This document shows, piece by piece, positions 18,540 through 29,624 of a DNA stretch of 54,689 nt; positions within the stretch are counted from its first letter, which is position 1, and each line of letters starts with the position of its first letter. The notes below the pieces were generated by a model that saw only the letters and a program-made list of their open reading frames with translations, had not been told where the DNA came from and made no database searches. The DNA is from a virus (taxonomy: Duplodnaviria; Caudoviricetes): positions 1 through 54,689 of IMG/VR virus record IMGVR_UViG_3300033047_000013. One strand, written 5' to 3'. Both the position numbers and the translations under genes were made by a program.

Positions 18540-19646
18540 ATGTTGATAACGACCGCAACAAATCTACCGCGTCTTATGGCGTGTCCAGGGTCTAGGTTGG
18601 TGGGCGGTGCTTTGCCGCCCATCGAACCTGATCCGAAAAGAAAGCTACAACGCGATGAAGGTGATGCAGCGCATTATATGGCTGAAACAGCTTTCAATGG
18701 CGAGAGCACTCTCGAAGAATTGGTAGACCAAAAAGCACCAAACGGTGTGTATATGACTGCTGACATGGCTGAACATGTTGAACTGTATTTGAACGCATTA
18801 CCTGAAAAATCACCTACGAGCGCAATGGAAGTTGAATGTAATTATCACGGTGAAGGATTTCAAGTGAATGGTCGTTCTGACCATTTGGATTGGCACGACA
18901 CCACGGGAATTTTGCACATTGGCGACCTTAAATACGGTTGGGGAATTGTCGAACCTATTCACAATTGGACGCTAGTTTCTCATGCTGTTGCTTGGTGTTT
19001 GAGTAATCCATCACTTAAACCAACGTCTATAATCATGACAATTTATCAGCCGCGACCGTTTCATAGAGACAGTAAGGTTCGTCGTTGGGTTATAAGTTAC
19101 GATCAGCTTATGGTTTTATGTGCTCAGATATTTGCACAATTGTCAAACCCGACTGATAATTTAATGACCGGACCAAATTGTTATAAATGCAAAGCACTTG
19201 CGGCTTGTCCTGCTGCACGAAAAGCAGCGCTGAACGCCGTCGATATTGCTGATATAGCACATGACGATACGGTTAGTGGTGTTGAATTGTCGCTCGAATT
19301 GGACAATCTAAAAGCGGCCGCTGCACGTATTAAAAACCGTCTCGGTGCTATTGAAGATTTAACCAAACACAATATCCGGTTGAATGCTAATTCAGCACCA
19401 GGCTATGCAGTAGAACATCAGTTCGGCAATCTCAAATGGAACGATGGAGTCAACATAGATTTTCTCAAAGTGATGACAGGGAAAACACTGTCCAAACCTA
19501 AAATATTAACGCCGAAGCAAGCAATCAAAGCGGGTGTTGACGAAGCAACTGTTAAATCATTTAGCCACGAACCATCAACCGGATTAAAACTTATCCGAAT
19601 CACATCTGACGAAAAAGCGTCAAAACTGTTCAAGAAAGGAACATAA
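18540..19646 (+). CDS. PD-(D/E)XK exonuclease (DUF2800/Cas4-like)
   Basis: CPGS, EGDAAH, GRSD, GDLKYG, IYQPR, CYKC...C. Confidence 0.8.
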   Translation: MLITTATNLPRLMACPGSRLVGGALPPIEPDPKRKLQRDEGDAAHYMAETAFNGESTLEELVDQKAPNGVYMTADMAEHVELYLNALPEKSPTSAMEVECNYHGEGFQVNGRSDHLDWHDTTGILHIGDLKYGWGIVEPIHNWTLVSHAVAWCLSNPSLKPTSIIMTIYQPRPFHRDSKVRRWVISYDQLMVLCAQIFAQLSNPTDNLMTGPNCYKCKALAACPAARKAALNAVDIADIAHDDTVSGVELSLELDNLKAAAARIKNRLGAIEDLTKHNIRLNANSAPGYAVEHQFGNLKWNDGVNIDFLKVMTGKTLSKPKILTPKQAIKAGVDEATVKSFSHEPSTGLKLIRITSDEKASKLFKKGT

Positions 19647-19647
19647 T

Positions 19648-20556
19648 ATGTCTAAAGAAATCTTATCACCACCAGGTCGCATCGTTTGGGGAAATCCAGG
19701 TAAAGCGAGAGCAAAAACGGACAGTAAGACAGGTCAACCAGTTTTAAAAGACGGTCAACCTGTTCAGCAATGGGTGTTCGGTCTGGCTATTCCTAAAGAG
19801 GAATTTCAAGCACACGTATGGCCCGCTATGGCTGAGGAAATCGCAACAGGTTTCCCACAAGGAACGCCACCAAACTTTTCGTTCAAGTATAAGGACGGTG
19901 ATGGGGTTGACCATAAAGGTGTGCCGTTCTCGAATCGTGAAGGTCATGCAGGTTGTATGATTTTGACGGTCGCTACCGAATCATTCGCACCACCAATTTT
20001 CAAACTAAACCCACAATCCGGTCAGTACGATCAGTGGCCTGCCGAGCAAATTAAGACAGGTGATTATGTACGGGTTTCGTTGAGTATGAAAGTTAACGTA
20101 CCGACCAACCCAACACATACACCTGGTATTTATGTAAATCCTCAAGGTGTTGAGTTCCTCGGATATGGTGAAGAAATTCACAATGGACCGGACGCTCAAG
20201 GTATGTTCGGCGGTCAAGCTGCTGCATTACCACAAGGTGCAAGTGCTACACCGTTGGCATCAACACAAGCACCAGGGATGCCAATACCTCAACCTGCTGC
20301 GGCTCCATTGGCTCCGGTTCAACCTGCTGCGGCTCCATTGGCTCCGGTTCAACCTGCTGCGGCTCCATTGGCTCCGGTTCCTGGTCAAGTAGCAATGCCC
20401 GCACCAGCGCAGAACTTTGTTCCACAACAACCTGCACCGTTGGCTCCCGTAGCACCTGTTGCTGCACCGTTGGCTCCCGTAGCACCTGTTGCTGCACCGT
20501 TGGCTCCCGTAGCACCTGTTGCTGCACCGATACCAGGAGCAATGCCCCCGCGATAG
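19648..20556 (+). CDS. Single-stranded DNA-binding protein (DUF2815-like) with Pro/Ala tail
   Basis: PPGRIVWG, KYKDGD, PGIYVN; position between exonuclease and polymerase. Confidence 0.7.
   Translation: MSKEILSPPGRIVWGNPGKARAKTDSKTGQPVLKDGQPVQQWVFGLAIPKEEFQAHVWPAMAEEIATGFPQGTPPNFSFKYKDGDGVDHKGVPFSNREGHAGCMILTVATESFAPPIFKLNPQSGQYDQWPAEQIKTGDYVRVSLSMKVNVPTNPTHTPGIYVNPQGVEFLGYGEEIHNGPDAQGMFGGQAAALPQGASATPLASTQAPGMPIPQPAAAPLAPVQPAAAPLAPVQPAAAPLAPVPGQVAMPAPAQNFVPQQPAPLAPVAPVAAPLAPVAPVAAPLAPVAPVAAPIPGAMPPR
20290..20529 (+). repeat. Two 30-bp tandem arrays of three copies each, encoding QPAAAPLAPV and AAPLAPVAPV
   Basis: 20290-20379 and 20431-20520, seen directly. Confidence 0.9.
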
Positions 20557-20661
20557 TTGCCCCGATTGCGGCGCGTTTCATGGTGAAATGTGCCGCAAAT
20601 ATGGCGCTGTCGAATATGATAGTATTTTAGGGGATTGTCTCCCGTATTGAGGTAAATTGAT

Positions 20662-21093
20662 ATGATAACCGACGAACAACGCTCTGAGAGCATGGGTCAA
20701 GCGACCCGTGAAAAGCTTAAACAATATATTGCTCGCATCGAACGCTTGAACGCTGAAAAAGATGAACTTCTTGCCGATATTCGTGAAGTGTATGCAGAGT
20801 CCAAAACATTTGGATTTGACACTAAAATACTACGTACAATCATTAAAAACCGTAAGATTGAAGCGGCTGAACGTGCCGAACAAGATGCTCTTGTAGAATT
20901 ATATGAGGACGCCATAAACGGGTGTGAATCAACTCCCGATACACCTGACATAGCAGGTGTTGAAGCCATTCTCATGAATGCGGACGGGTCACGGGAAACA
21001 ATCTTGGTTGAGATGTTGATGACAAGTTTAACGCATAACAATAGATTCTACGCTCATTATACTGAAAACGCTTATAGACAGGTTGGACCATGA
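20662..21093 (+). CDS. gapR: GapR/DUF2312 family nucleoid-associated protein with C-terminal extension
   Basis: LKQYIARIERLNAEK...DIREVYAESKTFGFDTKILRTII. Confidence 0.85.
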   Translation: MITDEQRSESMGQATREKLKQYIARIERLNAEKDELLADIREVYAESKTFGFDTKILRTIIKNRKIEAAERAEQDALVELYEDAINGCESTPDTPDIAGVEAILMNADGSRETILVEMLMTSLTHNNRFYAHYTENAYRQVGP

Positions 21094-21488
21094 AGAATGT
21101 TAAAGAGACAATCAAAGACCGCAATTCATCTTATGGTGATTACGGCGACCAATCTGAAATAGCCGAACAATTGATTATAGCTATGGAAAACACACCTGGT
21201 TGGTCAAAGCTTTGCGCTTATAAAAAACAATCAATGCGAATGATTCAGTATAAAATCGCACGATTGCTAAACGGTAATTCCAACCACGTCGATAGTTGGC
21301 ACGACATCGCCGGATATGCTGAATTGGCTAAGGAACGGTGTGTGACTGCACCCATCGACGTAGATTACGTTCCTGAAAAATGTAAATCTAAAAAGTGTCG
21401 GAACTTCGCACCTGGTTTCCATTCACCGTATTGTGAACATAATTATACTAAAGTTCGGATGTGTTGCCCCACATCATTCAAACTGTAG
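21090..21488 (+). CDS. DUF6378-like protein
   Basis: R...YGDY...KIARLLNG....DSWHDIAGYAEL. Confidence 0.7.
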   Translation: MKNVKETIKDRNSSYGDYGDQSEIAEQLIIAMENTPGWSKLCAYKKQSMRMIQYKIARLLNGNSNHVDSWHDIAGYAELAKERCVTAPIDVDYVPEKCKSKKCRNFAPGFHSPYCEHNYTKVRMCCPTSFKL

Positions 21489-21501
21489 CCGCACATAGAT
21501 A

Positions 21502-23541
21502 ATGACATTCACGCTCGATCACGCTGTTGTCTATGATATTGAAACCCTTCCAAATGTATTCACATTAAATGCTCAGTCCCTTTATGGTGACTTTGAATCG
21601 ACGTGGGAAATAAGTTGGTTTCGGGACGACCGTATTCAAATGCTTCAATGGTTCAATCATTTACGTCTGACGCAGGCGCCGATGATAGGGTTTAACAACC
21701 TTGGCTTCGATTATCCGGTCATTCATTTTATTATGATGCACCCGCAATGTACAATCGACCAGATATATCAAAAAGCCCAATCTATAATCACAGGTAACGA
21801 CAGATTTAGTCATATGATTTGGCCGTCCGATCGTTTCGCTCCACAAATAGATTTATTCAAAATACATCACTTCGATAACCGAGCAAAAACCACTAGTTTG
21901 AAAGCACTCCAAATCAATATGCGTTCGGAGACTGTGGTCGAATCATCTCTTGGTTTCGGTATAAATTATACAGCCGAGCAAATTGATGGTGAACTAATAC
22001 CGTACAATAAGCATGACGTTAAAGAAACCAAAGCATTTACATTCCACACGCTCAAAGCTATCAATTTCCGCATTGGTCTGATTGATGAATACGGTATAGA
22101 AGTTCTCAATTATAACGACACAAAGATTGGTTCCAAAATCCTTGAACATAGGTTGGGCGAACATGTCTGCTATGACAAATCATCTGGACGGAAACAACCC
22201 CGACAGACACCGCGTTGGCGCATCGACCTTGCTGAAATCATCTTCCCTTACATATCGTTCGATAATCCCGAATTTCAGCGTGTATTGGAATATATGAAAG
22301 CGCAAGTTCTGGTTCCTGATGACCTTACAGACCCCGAAGCAACTATCAAAACCAAAGGTGTTTTTAGCAATCTAAAAGCTAATGTAGGCGGATTAGAGTT
22401 TCACTTTGGGACAGGTGGTATTCATGGTTCAATCAGCGCACAACGCATCATGTCTGACGACGAATGGTTGATAAGAGACATTGACGTGGCAAGTCTGTAC
22501 CCGTCCATAGCTATCGTCAACAAGCTATATCCGGCGCATCTTGGTGAAGCGTTTGTACATGAGTATGAAAAGATACCGTTGGAACGCGGGAAGCACAAGA
22601 AAGGGACGATTGAGAACGCCGCTCTAAAACTTGCAGCCAACGGTACATACGGTAACAGCAACAACAAATATAGCGTGTTTTACGACCCACAATTCACCAT
22701 GACCATCACCATCAACGGACAGTTGATGCTTTGTATGTTAGCAGAGCGTTTGGCTCTCGTCCCGACTATTCAGATGGTGCAAATTAATACGGACGGCTTG
22801 ACATACAGAATACATATAGACCATGAACCACAAGCCGCTCAAATTTGTAAAGATTGGGAAGCGTTCACTTGTTTGGTGTTGGAAAGTGTGGACTATAGCC
22901 GCGTATTTATAAGGGATGTGAACAACTATATTGCCGAATATAAAGTTCCGGCCGGATCTAATCAGAAACCTAAGTTGAAACAAAAAGGTGCGTACTGGTT
23001 CCCCGACCCGCTCGACTATGCAGACTCCATTTCTAACAACTCACCCCCTGCGTGGCATAAAGACCTTGGTAACATCATTTCACAGCGAGCAGCATTAGCG
23101 GCTATGATAGACGATGTTGACCCTGAGACGTTCATCAGGGCGCATACAGACCCGTTTGACTTCATGTTACGGGCAAAGGTCAACCGTGCGTCCAAACTCA
23201 TGCTAGGAGACCAGCAGATACAGTCTACCAGTAGATATTATGTAGCGACGAACGGGCAAGAATTAATCAAGGTCAGTCCACCCGCTAAAGATTATCAGGT
23301 TGGAGCGTTTAAACGTGCAAGTAAGGTTCCTGATTCATTGTGGGCATCGGTGAACGCCGATATTCCTATTGGAAGTTGGGACGTGCGTATTCACACTAAA
23401 AACAAATCAAAATACACAATACGGCGCATGAACATGCAAGCGGGTTGGAAATGCGCGGAATGCAATGATGCAAAGACTTTCGACTTTGCAAACATTGATT
23501 ATGCGTTTTATGTGAACGAAGCTAAGAAACTTATTATTTAA
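21502..23541 (+). CDS. Phage DNA polymerase (B-family-like, with 3'-5' exonuclease)
   Basis: YDIET, FNNLGFD, DVASLYPS, KLAANGTYG, NTDG. Confidence 0.9.
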   Translation: MTFTLDHAVVYDIETLPNVFTLNAQSLYGDFESTWEISWFRDDRIQMLQWFNHLRLTQAPMIGFNNLGFDYPVIHFIMMHPQCTIDQIYQKAQSIITGNDRFSHMIWPSDRFAPQIDLFKIHHFDNRAKTTSLKALQINMRSETVVESSLGFGINYTAEQIDGELIPYNKHDVKETKAFTFHTLKAINFRIGLIDEYGIEVLNYNDTKIGSKILEHRLGEHVCYDKSSGRKQPRQTPRWRIDLAEIIFPYISFDNPEFQRVLEYMKAQVLVPDDLTDPEATIKTKGVFSNLKANVGGLEFHFGTGGIHGSISAQRIMSDDEWLIRDIDVASLYPSIAIVNKLYPAHLGEAFVHEYEKIPLERGKHKKGTIENAALKLAANGTYGNSNNKYSVFYDPQFTMTITINGQLMLCMLAERLALVPTIQMVQINTDGLTYRIHIDHEPQAAQICKDWEAFTCLVLESVDYSRVFIRDVNNYIAEYKVPAGSNQKPKLKQKGAYWFPDPLDYADSISNNSPPAWHKDLGNIISQRAALAAMIDDVDPETFIRAHTDPFDFMLRAKVNRASKLMLGDQQIQSTSRYYVATNGQELIKVSPPAKDYQVGAFKRASKVPDSLWASVNADIPIGSWDVRIHTKNKSKYTIRRMNMQAGWKCAECNDAKTFDFANIDYAFYVNEAKKLII

Positions 23542-25757
23542 GAAGTCGCTACGCTTGAATCGTCCCGATAAACGTTCGCTGTACCTGCTGTTATTTTAAA
23601 CCCGCTAAACGGAACCACTTCCAATGCTTCTGCACAACCTAGTGATATTTGTGCGCTATCTGCACACCTCAACGGTGATCCGGCACTGTTCTCTATTTTA
23701 CCGGATGTAATACGAACCCAACTGGAACCTTTTGCGTATATCGCATGAACGCTCGATCCGACATTGTTATGTTTTATGTCAGCACGATCAATGGTGACGT
23801 TGGCTTGATAAGTGCCACTGGCAACAGTCTCCAATCCCTGATTATCACCAATTAACACAGAGCAATGACCGATATGTAAATCAACATCACCATTAGTAGG
23901 TGTGATTAACGCAAGTCTTTGATAATCACCTTTGAGTGAACCAATGCTAATACGCAATTTCTTATTATTGTTCACATCCAAATTATTAATTGTGATTGCT
24001 GGTTGTGTTTCTACAGCACGTTGATAGCCGTTAATACTGGCTATAGTTAACCAATTTGTTGCAGCAAAATCACCATTACCTTCATTGAGTACAAGCAGTG
24101 TTGATCGCATCCCATTTACACATACTAATGGACCGCAATAACCGTTAACACTTTCAAACGTAGCAAAATCATCAGAACCATTACCATATTTCATGGTAGC
24201 ATTGGCTCCGGCATAATACCAATCAGTACACCCCGTATGAGTGTCCAAAACCGCATCACGATAATTTGTACCTGTGACTATGCCAACTTTAAGACCTCTA
24301 CTCACCACTGAACCTTCGGGTGCAACAGCAGAAGCCGTTCTGCCTTGGGTTATGGCATGACGACAATTATGTGCATCAATTCGTCCAACAGAACAATAAT
24401 ATTGACCAACATATGCTCGGACGTAGCCCCAACCATCTTCATTTATGTTTTCAGCATAGTCATTGCCGCCAACACATTTTATTATGTTCAATCCTTTGAA
24501 CCCGCGACGACCACCGTTGAGAAAATTAAATCCTTCATCTATGCAGTCAATAACTCTCGCAGCTTGAAACAATGAATGTTGGGACGCATCGCCGCCGCCA
24601 ATCAATCTTGTTTTACCGCGCATGATATATTTGGTGTCTTTGTCACAAATATAAACCCGTGCGGCATCAGACGTAGCGTAGACGCCTTTCAGGAACCCGT
24701 GAATCGTACAAATCCCTGTTCCTGTATCTCGACTTTCAATTTGTGCGTATTCTGTTTGTAAAGCACTGCTATTATCCCACGCACCATCAGATTTAATCAG
24801 CACCCAATCGTCATCGCTTAAAATAGCAGAATCGCCAGTAGACACTTTGAAATTGTCATCAGGTCCAGTGGCGTCAATTGTAAGGCTATACGCTGTTCCG
24901 TATTGTGCGCCGAAGCAAGCAATACCTGTTGAACCAGTGGGTAAACCAGAAAAATCAAACGCTAAATCTCTGGTTTTCGTCGTTTTACCTTCTAAGAATA
25001 CAATACCAACATTTATAGTACCAGTGCTTTCAGGGTTATCGACAGCCACAACTGTTGTAATTGGAAAAGCAATGTCCTGACCCTGGTAATATAAATCATT
25101 ATTAGCCGTCCAATCCAATGCCGCTTGACAAGCAACACGGTTATCGGCGGTATTGGTGTCAGCACCAAACCACTGTGGTAAAATATACAAACCTGAGAGT
25201 TGTCTAACCCACGCACCACTCACACCAGTAACATCACTATCGGGAGCAGCATAAACACCTTGTTGCGGATCAGCAGTCACACCCGTTGATTGATCGCCAG
25301 GAGTCCATATGAAAATACCACCACCATTATCATTTGATACACTGCGATTCGATACCCTGATGGATGAAACAATAGCATCACCTGCTGTCAATTCAGCAAG
25401 TGAACCTACTTCCAAGAATATTTCAAGATAATACGGTGAACCAAGAATTGTACCGTTACTGACCCTTGCCGTTCTATATCCTGATGCATTTTCATCAGCC
25501 AATATATAAACAATGTCATTAGCGTTTAAAGTCAATGCAGCAGCTTGTGCATAAGTTTCAGCAATCACAGTTGGGACGCTCAAATTAGCTGCTGTAATTA
25601 TATCGTCTCGTAAACTCTGTGATTCAATTAGCAACGTTTCAGCAGCAGTGACATCTGTTTCAATAGCTTCAACAGCATCCACAACCCCTTGACGGCTTGG
25701 TTTGTGTGTTGGCGATTCGGGATTTCCTAAGACTGCGTTGCGAATTGCTGAGGGCAT
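23538..25757 (-). CDS. Tail spike / receptor-binding protein (probable beta-helix)
   Basis: Last tail gene; DNGGG, PQWFGA...DNRVACQAALD, beta-rich body. Confidence 0.7.
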   Translation of the reverse strand: MPSAIRNAVLGNPESPTHKPSRQGVVDAVEAIETDVTAAETLLIESQSLRDDIITAANLSVPTVIAETYAQAAALTLNANDIVYILADENASGYRTARVSNGTILGSPYYLEIFLEVGSLAELTAGDAIVSSIRVSNRSVSNDNGGGIFIWTPGDQSTGVTADPQQGVYAAPDSDVTGVSGAWVRQLSGLYILPQWFGADTNTADNRVACQAALDWTANNDLYYQGQDIAFPITTVVAVDNPESTGTINVGIVFLEGKTTKTRDLAFDFSGLPTGSTGIACFGAQYGTAYSLTIDATGPDDNFKVSTGDSAILSDDDWVLIKSDGAWDNSSALQTEYAQIESRDTGTGICTIHGFLKGVYATSDAARVYICDKDTKYIMRGKTRLIGGGDASQHSLFQAARVIDCIDEGFNFLNGGRRGFKGLNIIKCVGGNDYAENINEDGWGYVRAYVGQYYCSVGRIDAHNCRHAITQGRTASAVAPEGSVVSRGLKVGIVTGTNYRDAVLDTHTGCTDWYYAGANATMKYGNGSDDFATFESVNGYCGPLVCVNGMRSTLLVLNEGNGDFAATNWLTIASINGYQRAVETQPAITINNLDVNNNKKLRISIGSLKGDYQRLALITPTNGDVDLHIGHCSVLIGDNQGLETVASGTYQANVTIDRADIKHNNVGSSVHAIYAKGSSWVRITSGKIENSAGSPLRCADSAQISLGCAEALEVVPFSGFKITAGTANVYRDDSSVATS

Positions 25758-25773
25758 TGTTCATTTCCTTTGT

Positions 25774-27912
25774 TTAACTTATTACGATTTCAAATGTACC
25801 AAAATCGACAGTTCGACCTAACCCATCCTGCACTCTAATTAAGATGTTAGAGTATGTTGCAGCGTTGGTAGGTGTTCCCGATACTACTCCTGTTGATGGG
25901 TCTATCACTATACCATCTGGTAGTCTATTGTATAAATCACTGAAAGTGAACGGAGATGAACCACCTGTTGTAGTAACGGTAAAGCCTGTATAAGCGGTTG
26001 AAACCGTCCCTGTTGTAATAGGTGTTCCACCTAATGTAAAAGTTGCAGGTGTGGCAGTGATCGTCGTACCATGCACGACCCAATCCGAAACACTACCACC
26101 CGAAGTAACAGCACGATGTCTGATAGAATATTGAACACTGTTGTCTAATACAACACTGGTGAAGAAATTAACATCATCAACATTAGACGATAAATCAACC
26201 CACTTATCATTTGATACATCAACAGTTGCGACATACTGATATTGATTAGTAATACTTAAATTACTTTGAGCACTTGACACTATTTCAATCCGTCCGTTCA
26301 CATACGTTAAACTTGAAATAGTAGGGTTTGAGGGTATCACAACGCTTGCCGTAGATTCGCTCACAACAGGTTTAACTTTTTCCTCACCTGCTTCTAATAT
26401 CCACCGTTTATCGTCCATAGGGACGGCTGCAAACCCACAATAACTACCTGTTGAATCAATTTCCACAGTGGACACAATCTCATATTCACCAGAAATTGTG
26501 TTGTCATATATTATATTAACGAAACGTTCAGACCGCGCTCTCACACCACGCAACCCGATAGTCGGACCAATTCTTGTACCAGATTGGGAACGTTTCCCTA
26601 TAATCTTAGCAAGACGCATTGCTTGGTTGTGATTTGGGCATGTTGGTATATCTACTGTTAGAAATGAAGCACGTTCACCTTCAACATATAAATCAGGATT
26701 ATACCAAGGTGCGGACGGTTGGATTTGATAACCTGATTCAACGTCTAAATATCTGACAATTACACCTTGTTTTTGATTTTCAATGTTCGTGGAATCGATG
26801 GTTTCCATTGCAACAATATCACGACTACGAGACAGTGTGAGTGTTGGGGTTTCATAATATCCCACTTTCACCCAAGCTTTTCCGTCATCATCAAAAATCA
26901 TTATCGCGTCACAAGATGCTAGAATTTCTTGTTCGGCAAGTGACCGTTCTTTATCTTCCGGTATTGCAGTTGCACACTCGTAGCGCGGCTGACTGCCTGA
27001 AATACCTACAATTATTTCATCGCATTTATTAGCTTGCTCCGCTACTTTATCCCAATTAACTTCATTGGTTGATTTATTACGACCAAAAGGGTGCGTCCTG
27101 AACCAAGCCCATATCAGAACATTATTGCTGCTATATTTATAAGTGGTTGCATCACCTAAAGTTTGCGTAACATCGCGAGGGTCATAAACTTTCCCCCATT
27201 TCGCAGCCAATGATAACGCAGGTTCACCAAGACCGAGCGTACCGCGCCATTTATATACTTTATGTCTTTCTTCAATTTCAATAGGTTTGCATTTCAGGAC
27301 GCTGTATGTTGTACCTACAAGTTTGTGGTCAGAAGTCCACAAAGTCGGAAATGCTGCTTGCAATGCGGAAATAGCAGGTGGTGTTGGGTTTGCGTGTGAA
27401 TGAGTAGTTGTTGTGATGTTGTAATATGAAATTTTCGTACCAGTATAAGTATCATCAATTATATTACCTTTTTCAGACAATTGAAAATCCAATGTATTCA
27501 CATCACCATTTCCAGCCAATGTGACGGGAATATCATCTAAATAATACTGCACCACCGAATCCATAATACTATCACAATGTACCAAAACCACCCATAAATA
27601 ACCGGAAGAATCAAACTCAGCAAACAAAGGAGACGCACCACGTCTGATGACACCTGCAAGCATCCACCTCATAGGTTCGGTTACGCGAGTGTTCACAGGC
27701 GCTAGTTCTTGGGGTGTACCTCTACCTCTCAACTGTCCCGCTATAAACTGACCTGCAAATTGTAACGCAGTCAGAACGGCAATTTGAGCCAAAGCACTGA
27801 GACCCGCATATGCAGCAGCAGCTTGACTAAAAAGCGCAGCAGCAGCAGCAAAAAACGTAGTAACAGGTTCAAACACGCGAGGGAGTTTTGATGTTTTTGA
27901 TAGTCGTAACAT
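25774..27912 (-). CDS. Tail tip/central tail protein with FN3 and C-terminal Ig (He_PIG-like) domains
   Basis: VYDPR, NQAMRLAKI, LPDGIVIDPSTGVVSGTPT. Confidence 0.8.
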   Translation of the reverse strand: MLRLSKTSKLPRVFEPVTTFFAAAAALFSQAAAAYAGLSALAQIAVLTALQFAGQFIAGQLRGRGTPQELAPVNTRVTEPMRWMLAGVIRRGASPLFAEFDSSGYLWVVLVHCDSIMDSVVQYYLDDIPVTLAGNGDVNTLDFQLSEKGNIIDDTYTGTKISYYNITTTTHSHANPTPPAISALQAAFPTLWTSDHKLVGTTYSVLKCKPIEIEERHKVYKWRGTLGLGEPALSLAAKWGKVYDPRDVTQTLGDATTYKYSSNNVLIWAWFRTHPFGRNKSTNEVNWDKVAEQANKCDEIIVGISGSQPRYECATAIPEDKERSLAEQEILASCDAIMIFDDDGKAWVKVGYYETPTLTLSRSRDIVAMETIDSTNIENQKQGVIVRYLDVESGYQIQPSAPWYNPDLYVEGERASFLTVDIPTCPNHNQAMRLAKIIGKRSQSGTRIGPTIGLRGVRARSERFVNIIYDNTISGEYEIVSTVEIDSTGSYCGFAAVPMDDKRWILEAGEEKVKPVVSESTASVVIPSNPTISSLTYVNGRIEIVSSAQSNLSITNQYQYVATVDVSNDKWVDLSSNVDDVNFFTSVVLDNSVQYSIRHRAVTSGGSVSDWVVHGTTITATPATFTLGGTPITTGTVSTAYTGFTVTTTGGSSPFTFSDLYNRLPDGIVIDPSTGVVSGTPTNAATYSNILIRVQDGLGRTVDFGTFEIVIS

Positions 27913-27913
27913 G

Positions 27914-28294
27914 TTAAACTCTCCAAGCTTTAACGATTCGGGTCATGTTCAAATTCATCTCCATGACACCATGTAACATGCGAACAGCGATGCCTTCACC
28001 TGTATGAATACCACTCACTACACCGAACGCCGTTCTAATCAATACTATATCACCCCTTTTAGGTGTTTCGGTTTCTTTCAATTCAATGGAATCAATCAAC
28101 GATTCAAAACCATCATTATCTTCAACCAATTTCAAAGCTTCGAGTTCTGTCACATAAAACCCTCGAAACTTAACACCCATGTCCTCATAACCACATCTAA
28201 CAGCATGGTCTGCAATGCTCAACAAACAATCTTCTGTACCATATTTGAACGGTGTGGAACGCCAGTGGTTTAATGTTTTATCGACAACATCCAT
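27914..28294 (-). CDS. Tail-associated NlpC/P60-like protein (DUF6950-like)
   Basis: PFKYGTEDCL...RGFY...PKRGDIV. Confidence 0.7.
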   Translation of the reverse strand: MDVVDKTLNHWRSTPFKYGTEDCLLSIADHAVRCGYEDMGVKFRGFYVTELEALKLVEDNDGFESLIDSIELKETETPKRGDIVLIRTAFGVVSGIHTGEGIAVRMLHGVMEMNLNMTRIVKAWRV

Positions 28295-28935
28295 TATGGT
28301 ATCACAAATGTTCGATTGGCTAAACCGGACAGGTGTTCAGAACCCTTGTCCAAAGCTACACCCAATTGACGAGCACGTTCTTTCTGAATTGCATCTGCAT
28401 AACTACCATTTGGTCTATTCGCTCGACCGAAATTATTATCTTTTGCTGTCACGCTTGCTTTATATTGATTTACCAATACACCACTCGAATCAATGCTTGC
28501 AGATTCAGAGAATTTAACATCCAGTATTATCATTTCCTTGAAGAAACTAATTGGTGTGTCCGGACGCAATGCTTCACCTTCTTTGAAAATAGCCAAATAT
28601 ACTGTTATTTTCCGCCCTCTCGCTTTGTCTTTATCAGCTTTCAAAGCATCATACGTTGCGGGGTCAAGACCAACCAGTGACATAGTATATGATGCGCTGG
28701 AACCATCTCGACCATCCTGAATGGAAGGTGTAACATGTGCATTGATTTCCTCGGCATTTATGGTTCCCATCCATTCATTGCCGTCATCGGTAAATAACAA
28801 ACCTTTACCATCCCAAAGACGTGCAGGTGCATCAAGGAAGTCATAAAACCAAAGGTTACGCACAACAACACGAATATCTCCAAAAGCATCTTCTTGACCT
28901 AATGTTTCTTCGAGGACGGTGTTGAAATCAGTCAT
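28294..28935 (-). CDS. Minor tail protein
   Basis: Position; RLWDGKG...DGNEWMG. Confidence 0.65.
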   Translation of the reverse strand: MTDFNTVLEETLGQEDAFGDIRVVVRNLWFYDFLDAPARLWDGKGLLFTDDGNEWMGTINAEEINAHVTPSIQDGRDGSSASYTMSLVGLDPATYDALKADKDKARGRKITVYLAIFKEGEALRPDTPISFFKEMIILDVKFSESASIDSSGVLVNQYKASVTAKDNNFGRANRPNGSYADAIQKERARQLGVALDKGSEHLSGLANRTFVIP

Positions 28936-29624
28936 TATACAATCGCTTCTTTGAATACGATTCTAGGTGGTGCAATGTGACCGTTATTCGCAGCTTTATA
29001 CATCTGCTTGAACTCACTTCCGTTTGCAATATATCCTAAGAAATAAGGTTCTAAAACAATAGTTTCTCCATTAACCAAATCGGCTCTAAGTGGTGGTTTC
29101 ACAACAACCGTAGCAATGTTACCGCTATAACTGATTTGGTCAATTTCATGACAGCGATTGTTTAAACCAATAACATGACCTATTTTTAAATATGCATTAT
29201 CATCACCAACATCAATATCAAAAGTATTAGAACTTCTTAAATGATTACCACTTACAGTCATTTCACTAACTTCAAAATACCAAGGAACACCACCGTCCCA
29301 AGGTTGATTGTTATCCCACACCATACCGTCATAGAGTGCATTAGGTTGTCCGATAGATTTACCTGACAAAAGTTGTGGAGTCTTCTTGAGTTTTATCTTG
29401 AAAACCTCACCGTTGGTTTTGGACATCAACCAACTCACGGTTGGGTCTGCGAACTGATTTGTTTGTAGTGATAATTCTATTTCAAGCATTGCAAAACCAC
29501 CAGGTTCCGGCGATAAGATTCGAGTACCACCAACGGTAATACCACCGTCATTCGCCGCACCTGGAACATAGAAAACTTGCCCACTCACATCTAATTCAGG
29601 GAAATCAAAAATAGTTAATGCCAT
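28935..29624 (-). CDS. Distal tail-like protein
   Basis: Directly after tape measure; VKPPLR motif. Confidence 0.6.
   Translation of the reverse strand: MALTIFDFPELDVSGQVFYVPGAANDGGITVGGTRILSPEPGGFAMLEIELSLQTNQFADPTVSWLMSKTNGEVFKIKLKKTPQLLSGKSIGQPNALYDGMVWDNNQPWDGGVPWYFEVSEMTVSGNHLRSSNTFDIDVGDDNAYLKIGHVIGLNNRCHEIDQISYSGNIATVVVKPPLRADLVNGETIVLEPYFLGYIANGSEFKQMYKAANNGHIAPPRIVFKEAIV

Noticed and set aside
18540-19646. Cas4 as evidence of a CRISPR system
   Set aside because: Typical standalone phage exonuclease in an exonuclease-SSB-polymerase operon
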